A stretch of DNA of 64,000 bases from positions 2,666,001 through 2,730,000 of the forward strand of contig CM035356.1 in NCBI GenBank assembly GCA_020137815.1, read 5' to 3'. Origin of the DNA: Hormiphora californensis. Its lineage: Eukaryota > Animalia > Ctenophora. Positions 1 through 16,175 of this stretch are shown here, in pieces (positions within the stretch are counted from its first letter, which is position 1; every line of letters starts with the position of its first letter). The notes under the pieces were generated by a model. That model made no database searches and was not told where the DNA came from. It saw nothing but the letters and a program-made list of their open reading frames with translations. Made by a program: the position numbers and the translations under genes.

Positions 1-145
1 ATAATGTTAATAATGTTAATAATGTTAATAATGTTAATGTTAACATTTTAAAAATTTTCATGAAACATTAACATTAACATGACGACCCCCCCGGAAGACC
101 CCGGTTACCTATTCATTATAAGATCTGGGGAAAGACCACTTTTAC

Positions 146-511
146 CTATTTATAAGCTCTACAAGAGAGTTTTGGATGGTACTTGAGTACTTCTCCAGAT
201 CCTTCTTCAAACTTTCAAGAGTGAAGCTCTTCCTGTTCAGTGCTAGGAATGTGTCAACATTGAAACTGTCATCGAAGAACTCCTGAAAATATGGATTTGA
301 AAATGAGGCGACACAAATCATCATGGGCTTGAAGATTATTTGAAGAAAGGTTGAATGAGGTTTGAAGGGTATTTGACAAGAACAGAGCTACAAATTGAAC
401 TTGTCAAGTCTCAATTAGAATGAGTATTAAATTTGAAAATACCTCTGGTCTAAAACAGACAGGACGCTCTCGTTTCAAGGAGGATAATATTATTTGGGTG
501 GTGTCAGTCAT
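146..511 (-). CDS. COG2: Conserved oligomeric Golgi complex subunit 2, 5' exons (443-511, 146-282); gene continues off the window start
   Basis: Spliced translation MTDTTQIILSSLKRERPVCFRPE|EFFDDSFNVDTFLALNRKSFTLESLKKDLEKYSSTIQNSLVELINR resembles the COG2 N-terminus (LCFDKDEF..FDVDHFV...LEELRDDL...MVELINKDY); canonical GT-AG junctions in phase. Confidence 0.85.
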
Positions 512-827
512 CTTGGTCACATTTTACACGGCATGGGGAATAACTGGCTTAGAAAAGATGTGGTTTTTAATTCAATACAAATCTGTAGGTAGAAGAGGGA
601 CGAGAAACACCAACGGTTAGTTATTGAAACTTTATGCGAAAATGAAAATTAGCAAATCATACTACACAGAAAAATGTACAAAGAAATAGAGTAACGCTAT
701 TATAAACCGGGATTTAACTTTCTTGACCTATCAGTCATGTGATAAGAAGTGAACAATAATTAGCAGACACACGCACTGATTTTCTAATCAGAACATCACA
801 ACTCCCCATGAGTAAAACAATCATATA

Positions 828-2393
828 CAGGGTGTCCCATATATTCTCCGGGTCGGTTGGCGAGCTGTCACGCAAAAACGGTGATAGTTGTGTGAAAACA
901 AACTGCGGGAGTGTGCTGGATTAATTCCTTCCTAACTGATGGCTTTGTTTTAAAATTAAATTTCAAAAGTTCATTTTTCATGAATGAACATTGTTGCCGT
1001 TCATTCATGAATTCTGAAATATTGTTTACCTTGAGTAAGTAACTTTTCTTTGGCTCGCAATTATCTTTCCATTGAGCACCATAAAACTCAAATTGAAGCA
1101 CCAGGTCACATGACAGTTGAGAAAATGAACATGCATGATTTTGGCTCTTTTTGCGACTTTCAATCGGCTGTATCACCGCTACCTTACCTTCAATCTTTTT
1201 GAAACTTTGGGTGAACATTGGATAAGCAAAGATCTTTGCTCACAAGAAAAATCAAGGTCAAAACTCAAAGTTCATTTTTAAGTTTTGGTAGTTCATTCCA
1301 CTCATTCAGGAACCAACAACCCTAAAGTGATGGAAAAGTGTTGGATTTTGTTTGGCCAATGTCCTGCAATGACAGAGAGGTGTAGTAACGTGTTTCCGGG
1401 CTAGTTAGTGGGTGTCCATGTGATCTTGGTGATACCTGACACCTTCACTGAGCAATAATCAAGGGATTTTCACGAATTTAAGCATGTGATTTGGGTTTTC
1501 TGCGATTGGTATCGTGCAGCAATGTTAAGAGATCTCATAGCCCTCGAAAATGATGGTTAGTTCAATGAAATGAGTTGATTTATGATCGAAAATGGTCGTT
1601 GAGTTCAATTTGGCATCGGTTTTAATCTTATTGATCATAAACCAACTCAATTTATTGAACTTATCATCATTTTTGAGGTGCTATGTGATCTCTCAAGATT
1701 GCTGCACGATACCAATCGCAGTAGACCCGAATCACATGCTTGAATTCGAGAAAATCCCTTGATTATTGCTCAGTGAAGGTGTCAGGTATCACCAAGATCA
1801 CATGGACACCCACTAACTAGCCCGGAAACACGTAACTACACCTCTCTGTCATTGCAGGACATTGGCCAAACAAAATCCAACACTTTTCCATCACTTTAGG
1901 GTTGTTGGTTCCTGAATGAGTGGAATGAACTACCAAAACTTAAAAATGAACTTTGAGTTTTGACCTTGATTTTTCTTGTGAGCAAAGATCTTTGCTTATC
2001 CAATGTTCACCCAAAGTTTCAAAAAGATTGAAGGTAAGGTAGCGGTGATACCGCCGATTGAAAGTCGCAAAAAGAGCCAAAATCATGCCTGTTCATTTTC
2101 TCAACTGTCATGTGACCTGGTGCTTCAATTTGAGTTTTATGGTGCTCAATGGAAAGATAATTGCGAGCCAAAGAAAAGTTACTTACTCAAGGTAAACAAT
2201 ATTTCAGAATTCATGAATGAACGGCAGAAATGTTCATTCATGAAAAATGAACTTTTGAAATTTAATTTTAAAACAAAGCCATCAGTTAGGAAGGAATTAA
2301 TCCAGCACACTCCCGCAGTTTGTTTTCACACAACTATCACCGTTTTTGCGTGACAGCTCGCCAACCGACCCGGAGAATATATGGGACACCCTG
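828..2393. mobile_element. Non-autonomous foldback DNA transposon (Tc1/mariner-type), ~1.57 kb, almost entirely palindromic
   Basis: TA at 826-827 and 2394-2395; termini CAGGGTGTCCCAT...ATGGGACACCCTG; arms of ~750 bp are reverse complements around a short spacer near 1590-1630; no transposase. Confidence 0.9.
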
Positions 2394-2395
2394 TA

Positions 2396-3803
2396 CAAGG
2401 TGGCCCATAAATTATGAGGCCGGGGGACGAGCTGTACCTCCGAAACGGTGACAGTTGTGCAAAAACAAACTACGGGAACATGCTGGAACAATTCCTTGGT
2501 AACTTTTTGCAAATTTTGAGTTTTTTATTCAAAAGTTCATTTTTCATTCATGAACTTTTCACGCGTTCATTAATGAACAGAGGACTCTAATTTACCGAGA
2601 GTAAGCCATTTTGTTTGGGTTGAATTTATCTTTCCAATGAGCACAATGTAAATCAAATTAAAGCACCAGGTCACATGGCAGTTGAGAAAATGCACATGCA
2701 TGAATTTGGCTCTTCCTGCAACTTTCAATCAGCTGTATCACGACAACCTTTTGTTTAATCTTTTTTAAATTTTCAGTGAACATTGGTTAAACAAAGATCT
2801 TTGCTCACAAGAAAAATTAACGTCAAATTTCAAAGTTCATTTTTCAATTTGTGGTGTTCATTTAAGTCATTCATGAACAGATATTCTGAAAACCATAAAA
2901 ATGTTTGGATTATGTTTGGAAAATGTCACCCAATCACAGACAAGTGTTGTAACCAAAGCTAGCTGGTGAGTGACACATGTGATCTTGATGTCACCTGACA
3001 CGCTCCCTCAGTATGCTTCAATGACGATCCTTGTTTTCAAGCATCCGAGGTGATTCGATCGTGATTGGCTCATGTAACCAAGGTGAGACGCTATGACTTG
3101 ACCCTCCCCTACTGGTAACGAGCCTGGTTCTTTTCGTCACATCTCTTTAATGAGATGATACGATCACTTATTACTCACTCGGTGTCAGATGACATTAACA
3201 CTCAGCAGATCACATGTGTCACTCACCAGCTAGCTTTGGTACATGTTACAACACTTGTCTGTGATTGGGTGACATTTGCCAAACATAATCCGTACATTTT
3301 TTATGGTTTTCAGAATATCTGTTCATGAATGACTTAAATGAACACCACAAATTGAAAAATGAACTTTGAAATTTGGCGTTAATTTTTCTTGTGAGCAAAG
3401 ATCTTTGTTTAACCAATGTTCACTGAAAATTTAAAAAAGATTAAACAAAAGGTTGTCGTGATACAGCTGATTGAAAGTTGCAGGAAGAGCCAAATTCATG
3501 CATGTGCATTTTCTCAACTGCCATGTGACCTGGTGCTTTAATTTGATTTTCATTGTGCTCATTGGAAAGATAAATTCAACCCAAACAAAATGGCTTACTC
3601 TCGGTAAATTAGAGTCCTCAGTTCATTAATGAACGCGTGAAAAGTTCATGAATGAAAAATGAACTTTTGAATAAAAAACTCAAAATTCGCAAAAAGTTAC
3701 CAAGGAATTGTTCCAGCATGTTCCCGTAGTTTGTTTTTGCACAACTATCACCGTTTCGGAGGTACAGCTCGTCCCCCGGCCTCATAATTTATGGGCCACC
3801 TTG
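2396..3803. mobile_element. Second, related foldback element, ~1.41 kb, abutting the first
   Basis: Termini CAAGGTGGCCCATAA...TTATGGGCCACCTTG; TA at 2394-2395 and 3804-3805; ~590 bp inverted arms; arm blocks homologous to 828-2393 (e.g. AAGATCTTTGCTCACAAGAAAAAT). Confidence 0.9.
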
Positions 3804-3945
3804 TAATACCGTACGGCTACCCAGTACCCACAATCACTATACCCCCTATACCCTTGTGTGAAGTATGTCAGATCATGTTTTACAACCTAAAACTCGCCCC
3901 TTTATCACCCTAATCCTCTAGTGCCCCTAACCCTGCCTCTACCCC

Positions 3946-6681
3946 TCAGCAGTTAGTCCGATAATCTCTAAACGTTTCTAGCTCAACATGCTCTCCTGTT
4001 ATCAGTGGTGTGTGCTCTGTCGTCCTTCCTCCACGTCTCAAATTGTAGTAACTCACACCCAGCTGAAAGTTGTGTCAAATCACTGACAGATTCACTAACA
4101 AAAGTATTAATTGTTGCAAAGTCTGAACTAGATAATCGCTAACAGTAAACAATATCTTTCTCACCTGTGTGCGAATGTCTGTCCGAACATCTCCAAAGTC
4201 AAACAAGTGAGATAAGCTGGTGAGAAACTGTGGCGGCGGCAACTCGTGATCTAAACGGAGTGTGAACATTAAATTACGATCAAAGTAAGAGTTTGGTTCA
4301 CCCCGCGCTGGCCAAGCGCTGTATAAGGTTGTGCCGTCGGAACTAATGCCATCCCAAACCATGTTGTCTAGCTGTACAACCACGCTGCTCTCTCGTGCGA
4401 CTCTTGATTGAAGAACAACCATCAATGTTGATATTCAATCAGCAGTCTATACTCATGTGACGGAGAGAGCAGGGCTGTGCAGCGTTCGTGTCGAGAAGAC
4501 AGAGGGCAAGATGGGGCGCAGTGAATTCATGTCTTGTATGGCAGCCCTTGAGATACAGAAACAAAGGTTAACTCCTTGCAAAACTATGGATGCGGAGAAG
4601 ATACGAAAAAAAAAGAAAAAAAAGAGTTTGGTAACGAAGTAACCCCTCCCTCGTAACCAAAGTAAGAGTGGGATGGTATGACAGTATGATTCTGCAACTC
4701 ACCTGGTACAAATGGTTTATGGGAAAAGACAAGGTGATGAGCAATTGAAAACCCAAACATTTCTATACAAATCAACAAGTTCTGAACCGTCTCAGCTGTT
4801 TCATCGGCCGTGTAACTGTCAGGGTCTTTACCACCGCTGCAAAGATAAAAGAGATTGTAAATCAATCACCGGGGGACCGGGGGTCGGAGGGGGTAGGGTC
4901 TGACAGTGGTAATGATAATGTTAGGGCACAACGTGATTTGAAAAGTAGACACTGAGAGGATTCCAGAACACCCGGAGTTTTGTTTCTAGCATAACGGGAA
5001 CCATTGCCCCCTGGCGCCCCTTTTTAGGGACCAGAACGAGGTCAGGGGGGGTGCTCGCGACACACACACGCACTGACACATGCGACATTTTCCAGGGTGT
5101 CTGCGCGCGCCAGGGCTCTCTCCCCAGACAGGAAGGGCCGAGGAGAGTTAAATTTTGTTCAGAAATGTTCATGTGTTAGGGAAGGACCGATGTGAAAATT
5201 TAACCGAATGATACTTATACCACCAAAAATGCGATATTTCAAGGGAGTAAGTAGCGTAGCAGGGTTCCCGTTATGCTAGAAACAAAACTCCGGGTGTTCT
5301 GGAATCCTCTCAGTGTCTACTTTTCAAATCACGTTGTGCCCTAACATTATCATTACCACTGTCAGACCCTAGGAGGGGGCCAGGGGAAATGTGTACCTCC
5401 TTTACCTATCTCTGATTATTCCAATTAGCACTAGGAATTCCAGGAATGTTCCCTGCCAAAAGGAGAAGAATACGACAGCCTTGACACAGAGGAACTTGGG
5501 GAGGGGTTTGATTGGTGCGAGTTCGTGTTTTAGTGCTTGATAGAAGATAACGAGGCAGTAGAGAGCCCACATTTGGGCGATATTGTCGATGATCAAGGTC
5601 CACATCCATACACTACCTGGGGAGGTGGAGGGGAGATTAGAGATGGGGATGTTAAATGGTGTTGTTATAGGCGGAGTGATTTTATAGATAGTGTTTTCAT
5701 CCATGATTTTGTGACATGATAACAAATTGGTAGAAAAACAGAATACTGGATTATGGATATCAACTCACCAATTCTAAATTCGTTCTTCCCAGAGTGTCCG
5801 AATACCTCTGACAGTAGCATCACAAAGGTGGTAATGGGCTTGGAAACAACGTACACGAATACACCCCTTTTGGACCAAATCATAAACGCCTTGCCCTGTA
5901 ATTAAGTTTAGGTCATGGAGCAATTAATCTATAAAACAGCATAAAACATGATGAACTGAATATTTTTGTGAATAATTATCAATTGAATTTATCCATCAGT
6001 TGACAGTTGCACCATCACTAAAAACCAGACTGTACCTTTGGCCAGGGAGGTAGTTTTTGAAAAGGGAACAGCTGAGGTTGGGCTGGTTTGAAGGTTAGTA
6101 GCTGTTCCACATTGTAATGCTCATACATGTAGGTAACTAGGAACATCATAAAGTTGTAGATAACATAAGATTCGTAGCACTCTCTCATCTGAAAGGAAGC
6201 TGATGAGTAGCAAGCACACAAGTAAGCAGATTTACAAAATCTTTATAATTTGTGACTTACAGCATTGAGATAAATAGTTTCATCCTTTAAAATCATTCCG
6301 AGGTAACTGAAGAAGCTGTAAACTGGAACCATCATCAGAATCCTAATAATTCTTTTCTGTTGAGGAGGGTCCGAGAAATTGCAAAGGTGGTGGATCACCC
6401 CAGAGGTTGTAATAGGGATCGTAACATAGACGAAAACACCCGCCACAAACCAAACAATGATGTGTTTCTGTAAAATTTAATCGGTTAGCAGCGATAATGT
6501 GTGATTTGTGATGGTTAGGTACCTCAGCATGGCGTGAGACTAGTTCACTGACGCTTAACGGGATCGCCACACACAGCAAGAGCATGTAAATGATCCACAA
6601 AATGTAGCCAATTCGGTCCTTGAGCCACCGAGCAACATATTGATCCCATCTCACGTAATGGGGCGCTGTAGATTCAGCCAT
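3946..6681 (-). CDS. TMEM184C: TMEM184C-like (OST-alpha family) multi-pass membrane protein, about 8 exons
   Basis: Exons translate to WFVAGVFVYVTIPI..HLCNFSDPPQQKRIIRILMMVPVYS, RECYESYVIYNF, QMWALYCLVIFY..ELAPIKPLPKFLCVKAVVFFSFWQG, QNLLICIEMF..IAHHLVFSHKPF, FDFGDVRTDIRTQ, all TMEM184 signatures; ATG 6681, TGA 3946-3948. Confidence 0.92.
4894..5371. mobile_element. hAT-type MITE in a TMEM184C intron
   Basis: ~105 bp TIRs starting TAGGGTCTGACAGTGG; perfect 8-bp TSD GGAGGGGG at 4886-4893 and 5372-5379. Confidence 0.9.
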
Positions 6682-6699
6682 ACAAGTTCGTAAATCACA

Positions 6700-7717
6700 T
6701 AAGGAACCATAATAAAGTTCAAGAGCGCACCCCATCCAAGAGCGCACCACCTCCAAAAGACACCACTCCAAGAGCGCACCACATCAAAGAGAGCTCCCCA
6801 TCCAGAAGATACCGCGCGCAGGGGACACCACGCGCAGAAGAGACCGCACGCGCAAATACAACGCCGCGCTGGTCTCTTCTGCGTGTGGTGTCCCCTGCGC
6901 GTGGTATCTTCTGGATGGGGAGCTTGTAGTCTTGTAGTCTTGTAGTCCTCTTTGTGCAGATACTGCACAGGTGTCAGCTCCTCATAGAGCCTCCCCCTCC
7001 CTGGAAGCTATTCGTGCCCAGTCAAGAATTGAGTTATTATTCTGTCGAGAATATCCAGTCACCGGGGGACGGTCTGGGAATCTCTTCAGCCATTTACCAA
7101 GGAGAACTTTGAATGAGGCTAGGTCTTCTGCCGTATTCACGTTGCTTGGTAGAGTATTCCAAAGTCGAGCCGCTCTGCAGGCAAAGGAGTTATGGTACTT
7201 CGTAGCGACAGACACTTGTGTGGTGGTGGGGGATGTTGGAACCTCAGCTTTCCTTCCAAGTCTTGTATTATTGTGGAATGTCAGCCCAATGTTGTTAGGG
7301 GCACTTCCGTTCGCCATCTTCCAAACCATGATGATAGAGTAGCGTTCCCGACGTCGCTGCATGGAATGTAAGTTCAGTTTTTTCAAGCGATCCCAGTAGC
7401 TCAGGTCGCTCATTCCAAGAATGCGTTTGGTGAACTTTCTCTGTACTGCTTCAACACTTATAATGTCAGAGATTTTGGGCGAGTCCCAGAGTGGGCAGCA
7501 GTATTCCAGCTTGCTTCTGACGAGACTTTTGTAGAGGATGAGCATTGTCTTGAGCTCTCTTTGATGTGGTGCGCTCTTCAAGTGGTGTCTTCTGGAGGTG
7601 GTGCGCTCTTGGATGTGGTCTCTTTTGGGTGTGGTACGCTCTCAGGTGTGGTCTCTCTTCGATCGGGTGCGCTCTTGGGTGCTCTTGGAGGCTCTTGAAC
7701 TTTATTATGGTTCCTTA
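6700..7717. mobile_element. Palindromic MITE (TA-flanked, AGGAACC termini, AAGAGCGCACCAC subrepeats) interrupted by a LINE
   Basis: TAAGGAACCATAATAAAGTTCAAGAG at 6700 and its reverse complement ending at 7717; inner hairpin ~6792-6924; removing the LINE restores a continuous palindrome. Confidence 0.8.
6925..7551 (-). mobile_element. 5'-truncated non-LTR retrotransposon (CR1/L2-like) 3' end
   Basis: ORF LYKSLVRSKLEYCCPLWDSP...IEAVQRKFTKRI-like..LSYWDRLKKLNLHSMQRRRER..FACRAARLWNTLP is the post-RT C-terminus of CR1/L2-group ORF2; (ACTACAAG)n tail at 6925-6947; GAGCT duplicated at 6920-6924 and 7552-7556. Confidence 0.88.
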
Positions 7718-8037
7718 TTTTGGTTAAAAAAGTGTAAAAATGCTTCAAAATTTCAGTTTTCTAAGTTTGAAAATTGCCGAAAAATAACGCGCGCGTCAAA
7801 AAAAGCTTTGATTTCGGCAAAAATAACGATGCATTTTAATGTAACGCGCGAAAATTGGGAATCAAAACGCTGCATTTCCTCCACATTTGCGCCGCGCAGC
7901 GCTTGTCAGCGCAGTATTTTCAAAAACGTCCAGGAAATTTTCGTTTAAAAAAACTTTTTTTTCGTTTTGCGAATTCCAAAATTTGTGTGACTAAAATGAC
8001 GCTTTTATGACCTCTAAACTACCGCTAGACCGTCAAG

Positions 8038-9004
8038 ATGGCATCTGTTCTTCCTCAGACTCTGTCAGTGGTACGACAGACTATTAAACCGATGTTTCTT
8101 CAATCTGTGAGGAAGTATTTGGAGGTCCAAATGTCAGAACTTCAAACTCGTGTTCCTAACTCCATGTTGTTATCGAACCTTCCGCAACCTCAAATATGCC
8201 ACGAGGACGAATTAATTGGAAAACTGATGAAATTTGAACAGGGTAACACCATTTCATTTTGTCTGAATGAGTCAAACCTGTTTGGGAGAACTCATGAGGT
8301 TGCTCCTTTTATCGAGGATTTACTGGTCCCCTCCACCGTCACAGACACATTCTTTGTGACTGTGTCACCAATCTCTGAGCAATATCCGGCTGACACAATT
8401 ATCAGTGAGATGCATAAACGTAGCAAAGCGTCCTGGAGAAACTTCCTGAACCACCCACTTCGCCTAAAAGAAAGTCAGCTTCAACTTGAATCCAGTAACA
8501 TTTGTTACACTCCAAGCTTGTCCTCAGGAGGAGAAACAGATCATGGAAGAATCGTTTATCAGAGAAATTCCCGTTGATGGTTTACCACGCCGGTGTGTGT
8601 ACAATATCAAGTCAGTCAATGCCTGTTTAGGTGCCTTGCTCCATGATTCAATCCACTCCGTCCAAGATTATACCTTCCTGAGACTCCACCACTCCATCTC
8701 ACCAGTTCAAGTGTGCCTTGTTGTGGACCCTGAGGACCGAGAACACTGCCAAACAATGATGGATGGGATCTTAGAGGATCTGAATAAGGCTGGACATCGT
8801 GTTACTCGTTCCGATTCCCTGGAACTTTCCCGCATTTTGGAGTACAATGACAGGGGTGGGGTACCGTTTACGGTTTTGTTTTCTAAAGATAGTATGGATT
8901 CTGGAGTTGTGGGAATTCGAGACAGAGATACACATTTCATTGAGCCGATCAACTTCAAGAAAGTTGCACCGTGGCTAAAATTGAATTTATGTTTTGCACT
9001 TTAA
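8038..9004 (+). CDS. POLG2: Mitochondrial DNA polymerase gamma accessory subunit-like; two overlapping ORFs (frameshift or small intron near 8474-8530)
   Basis: C-terminal anticodon-binding-like domain LRLHHSISPVQV...YNDRGGVPFTVLFSKDSMDSGVVGIRDRDTHFIE and upstream ..SWRNFLNHP.. and ..CLGALLHDS parallel POLG2; too short and degenerate for GlyRS. Confidence 0.7.
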
Positions 9005-9147
9005 AATTTTATAATCTGAAATTCATTTATATTCTCACCCTTTTTTATCTCCTTTTATAAATTAGCCTGTTTTAAGTGACAACTGTTTTACCAGATAACT
9101 CATTCATAATCTTTCCTTATTTCCAGTACCTAAACAAGTGTTAATGT

Positions 9148-10884
9148 ATGGACGATTCGGCGTGCTGGGGCGGGGTGGAAGCTCTAACCAACAACCCCAC
9201 CGACCATCTAGGGGGCGCGTCTGCTTGCACCTCTAACACCGACCTGACTGCCACTTCAAAAGAGGACCATGTTGTCTGGGTTATTGTACCCAATGCCGGC
9301 AGTGCAGGGAATAGTGACAATTCCGACCAGCCCATGGTCATTAAACTCCACAACTGAGACTGTAGTTGATTCAAACGGAAACAAAACCAATATTCAGATA
9401 GCAGAGATAACGCATAAAAAGAGGAAAAGTCGGAAGGAAAAACAATACCTGAGAGTAAATTTGTTTGTGATATTTGCGGACTAAAGTATAGCCGGAATTT
9501 TAACCTACGGAGGCACAAAGATAACGTCCACGGTACCAACTCGGTCAGTATTTGTTGTCCCTACTGTACCTCAACCTTCACCCGGCACGACAACCTAACT
9601 CAACACATAAAGTTCGTGCATAACTGGTATGGGCAACCACACATGTGCCTACTGTGGTAAAGGGTTTGCAAGGAAGCACACCTATGGAGGAAGCACGTGA
9701 ACGTGCAACATTACAACCAGAGAAAATATCAGTGTTTCAAGTGTAGTAAGGTGTTCGGGTACCCGTGGTCGTTATACAACCATGTCAGGGTGAAACATGA
9801 GAGTAATGGGGCGTTCAAGTGTTACTACTGTTCCAAGGTCTTTGCAACCATCAGGTACCTGAGGAACCATGTGCTATCAATACACGAGGGGGTAAGGTAC
9901 AAGTGTAAAATCTGCAACAAGATCCTGAAATGCCACAGTGCGTACAAGAGCCATCTGAAGATGTTCCACATCCCTAAAAACAATGTTAACCAGTATTTCT
10001 GTAGTCGGTGCACCCATAAATGCACAACAAAGGCAGAGCTGGTCCGTCACATGATCTCAAAACACAAGTGGAGGGAGATCAATGTGTGTCCGATCTGTCA
10101 CAAGCCTGTGAAACACAAAAGTACCTTTGAGAGACATCTGATGGTTCACAACCAGAACGATGTTTCAGTCAGCAACCTACTTCGGAAACACGTTGCAACC
10201 ATGGCTGCTACTGACTCTGAGGAGCCATCAGCCTCGATGGTAGTTACCCCGGAGTCCTCCCTGACCGAGGTGATAGCTGATAGAGGTGCAGCAGCTGCTA
10301 CTAGTGGGAGAAAGACACGGAGTTCCAAACAGGAAGCTATTTTCCAGTGCTCCCATTGTCCCAAAGTGGTGCAATCCCGAATCGCCCTAGATAGACACTA
10401 CTCCAAATCCCATGCCTTCATCTGCAAGTATTGCTCAGGGATGTTCCTCACCAGGGAGGCAGTTGATTTCCACATGGCCAAGTTCCACGAGGGGGAGGTG
10501 GTGAAGAGTGAGATGAAGATGGAGGGTAGAGGGGAGGAGGAAGAGGATGAGGAGGTGTTGCAGGTCGATGATGGGCAGCATGTTGAGAACCCAATGTGGA
10601 GTTTGGAGGAGTTGGCAGCGTGTGCCGGGGTGGAGGCTGGTACTGGGGAGGAGGATCAGTGGATTGTCAGGGAGGAGCTGAGTCAGGAGAGTGAGCTGGG
10701 AGAGAGTGTTGGTCTAGTAGGGGATCAGGAGAGCTGTGGTATGATAGGAGATCAGGTGTTGGAAAGTGCCGTGTTAGGAGGTGAGGGTGATCAGGTGTTA
10801 GAAGATGATCAGGTGTTGTTAGGGAGGGATGAAGATGAGGGTGGTATCCCTGAGGGATGTGTTATGGAGGATGATCTGATATGA
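9148..10884 (+). CDS. Multi-C2H2 zinc-finger protein with acidic C-terminal tail; 5' part frameshifted
   Basis: About 10 CxxC-x12-HxxxxH fingers (CDIC..HKDNVH, CPYC..HIKFVH, CAYC, CFKC, CYYC, CKIC, CSRC, CPIC, CSHC, CKYC); clean ORF 9697-10884; frame changes near 9345, 9420, 9640, 9680. Confidence 0.8.
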
Positions 10885-11412
10885 GAACACAGCTCAGATA
10901 GCGCTACAGTAATTTGTTCCGGACATCTAGTCTTTATTACTGTCCAGGGATGTTCCAGAGAAGTGGTGGTGGATTTCCAAACAGTGGATTTTCCAGTTCA
11001 GTTCACTACAGTGCATTAGCTGATCTGAGCCATGAGGTTGTTTCAGAAGGAGAGTAACTAAGATGGAATGTGATTTCCACCCCGAATTTAATTTATATAC
11101 ATTTGCTCGAGCTTGTATTCTGTTATCTTTATTGTTTTTTGTTGTTGTTTCTACTTACTCTGTCATTCTGTGTTTTACTGAGATCAGAGATCTTTCAAGT
11201 TTCAACCCTTCTCCGCCCTTCTTTCAACTCTGACTCCTCTCCAATCTCCCTATAAAATAGATTCTCTTCCCGATCTCGCGGGATTCCCCTCCCTTTCGAA
11301 CTCCATTTGAGCTTTTCTTGTAACCTCTCACTCCCCAATCCCCTAGGACACTCCCCCTATACCTTCCCTCCCCTCCCTATACCTCCCCCTCTATTTCTAT
11401 GTCTCTGTAGGG

Positions 11413-15253
<3,841 letters not shown>

Positions 15254-16175
15254 AAAGAGAGAGGGACGATTTGTTAGGATACATTGCCCTGCTTGGGGTG
15301 AGAGAGACGATATTTTGTTTTGTAACAATCAGATACTTTTACAACTTTTTTTACTTTTATTGTGTGTAAACACTGAACACTCGGCAAGGTTGATCTGTTT
15401 AGGAAATTGAGAGACTGAGAATCAAAATGGGCGGAAAGAAGGATTTCAATATGAGTTACAGACATTGCACGAGTAGGCTCTTTCAAAGTTGAATACATCT
15501 GATCCTTTTCTTATATTTTAACCCATGTTTACCATTTTAATTTAGAGGGATAGCAGTTTTAGATTAGTATTAAAACTGTTAACGCTAATAGAACTTAACT
15601 GTTCCTCGGGCTGCTGTGTTTTTAGTGAGCGTGAAACGAGCTGTTTCCCAGATGTTTTTAGCGTAGAGAGAGAGAGTGAGAATGGTGAAATCTTTTATCA
15701 ATGTGATGTATCATTGTTAGTTTGCTATTTTGTAAAAAATCTTTCACCAAACTTTAATTTGGACAAATCTTACTTTGTAGATCCACAACTGTGAAACCTT
15801 TTTGGAGAAATACTAACCTTGCTAAAATAAGAAGACGGATTTGTGCATCGGTCGGCGTAACGGTGGCAGAATTAGGTACCGTTCATTATAATTTATGTGC
15901 GTTCATTCATTTCAAAAGGAGACAAATTAATAGACCAGATTCATCTTTTTAAAAGAAATACTCAATAGTTACCATAGTTACCGTAACTGTCTCATGCAAC
16001 TTCAGTCTTTAGCTGTTCATACAGTGTCTCTATGCGCCTTATATGCCCTCCTTACACTGTATTATATAATACGATACACATCTTGATGCGGCTCAGGGCT
16101 TTGTGGTATCAAGGTACTCAGATCACAATTTTATCTCATCATTTACAATTTATCTCAACATTTCACGGTTCCTCT

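Noticed and set aside
868-2353. Mirror-image 116-aa ORFs (868-1218 minus, 2003-2353 plus)
   Set aside because: By-product of the palindromic element; no transposase or other recognisable motif
3236-3252. 6-bp ACATGT insertion in one foldback arm as a Tc1 excision footprint
   Set aside because: Does not match the TA-CATG-TA pattern exactly; a single event is uninformative
6982-7581. 199-aa ORF as a host gene or intact retrotransposon
   Set aside because: 5'-truncated LINE lacking the RT core; its start lies in MITE sequence
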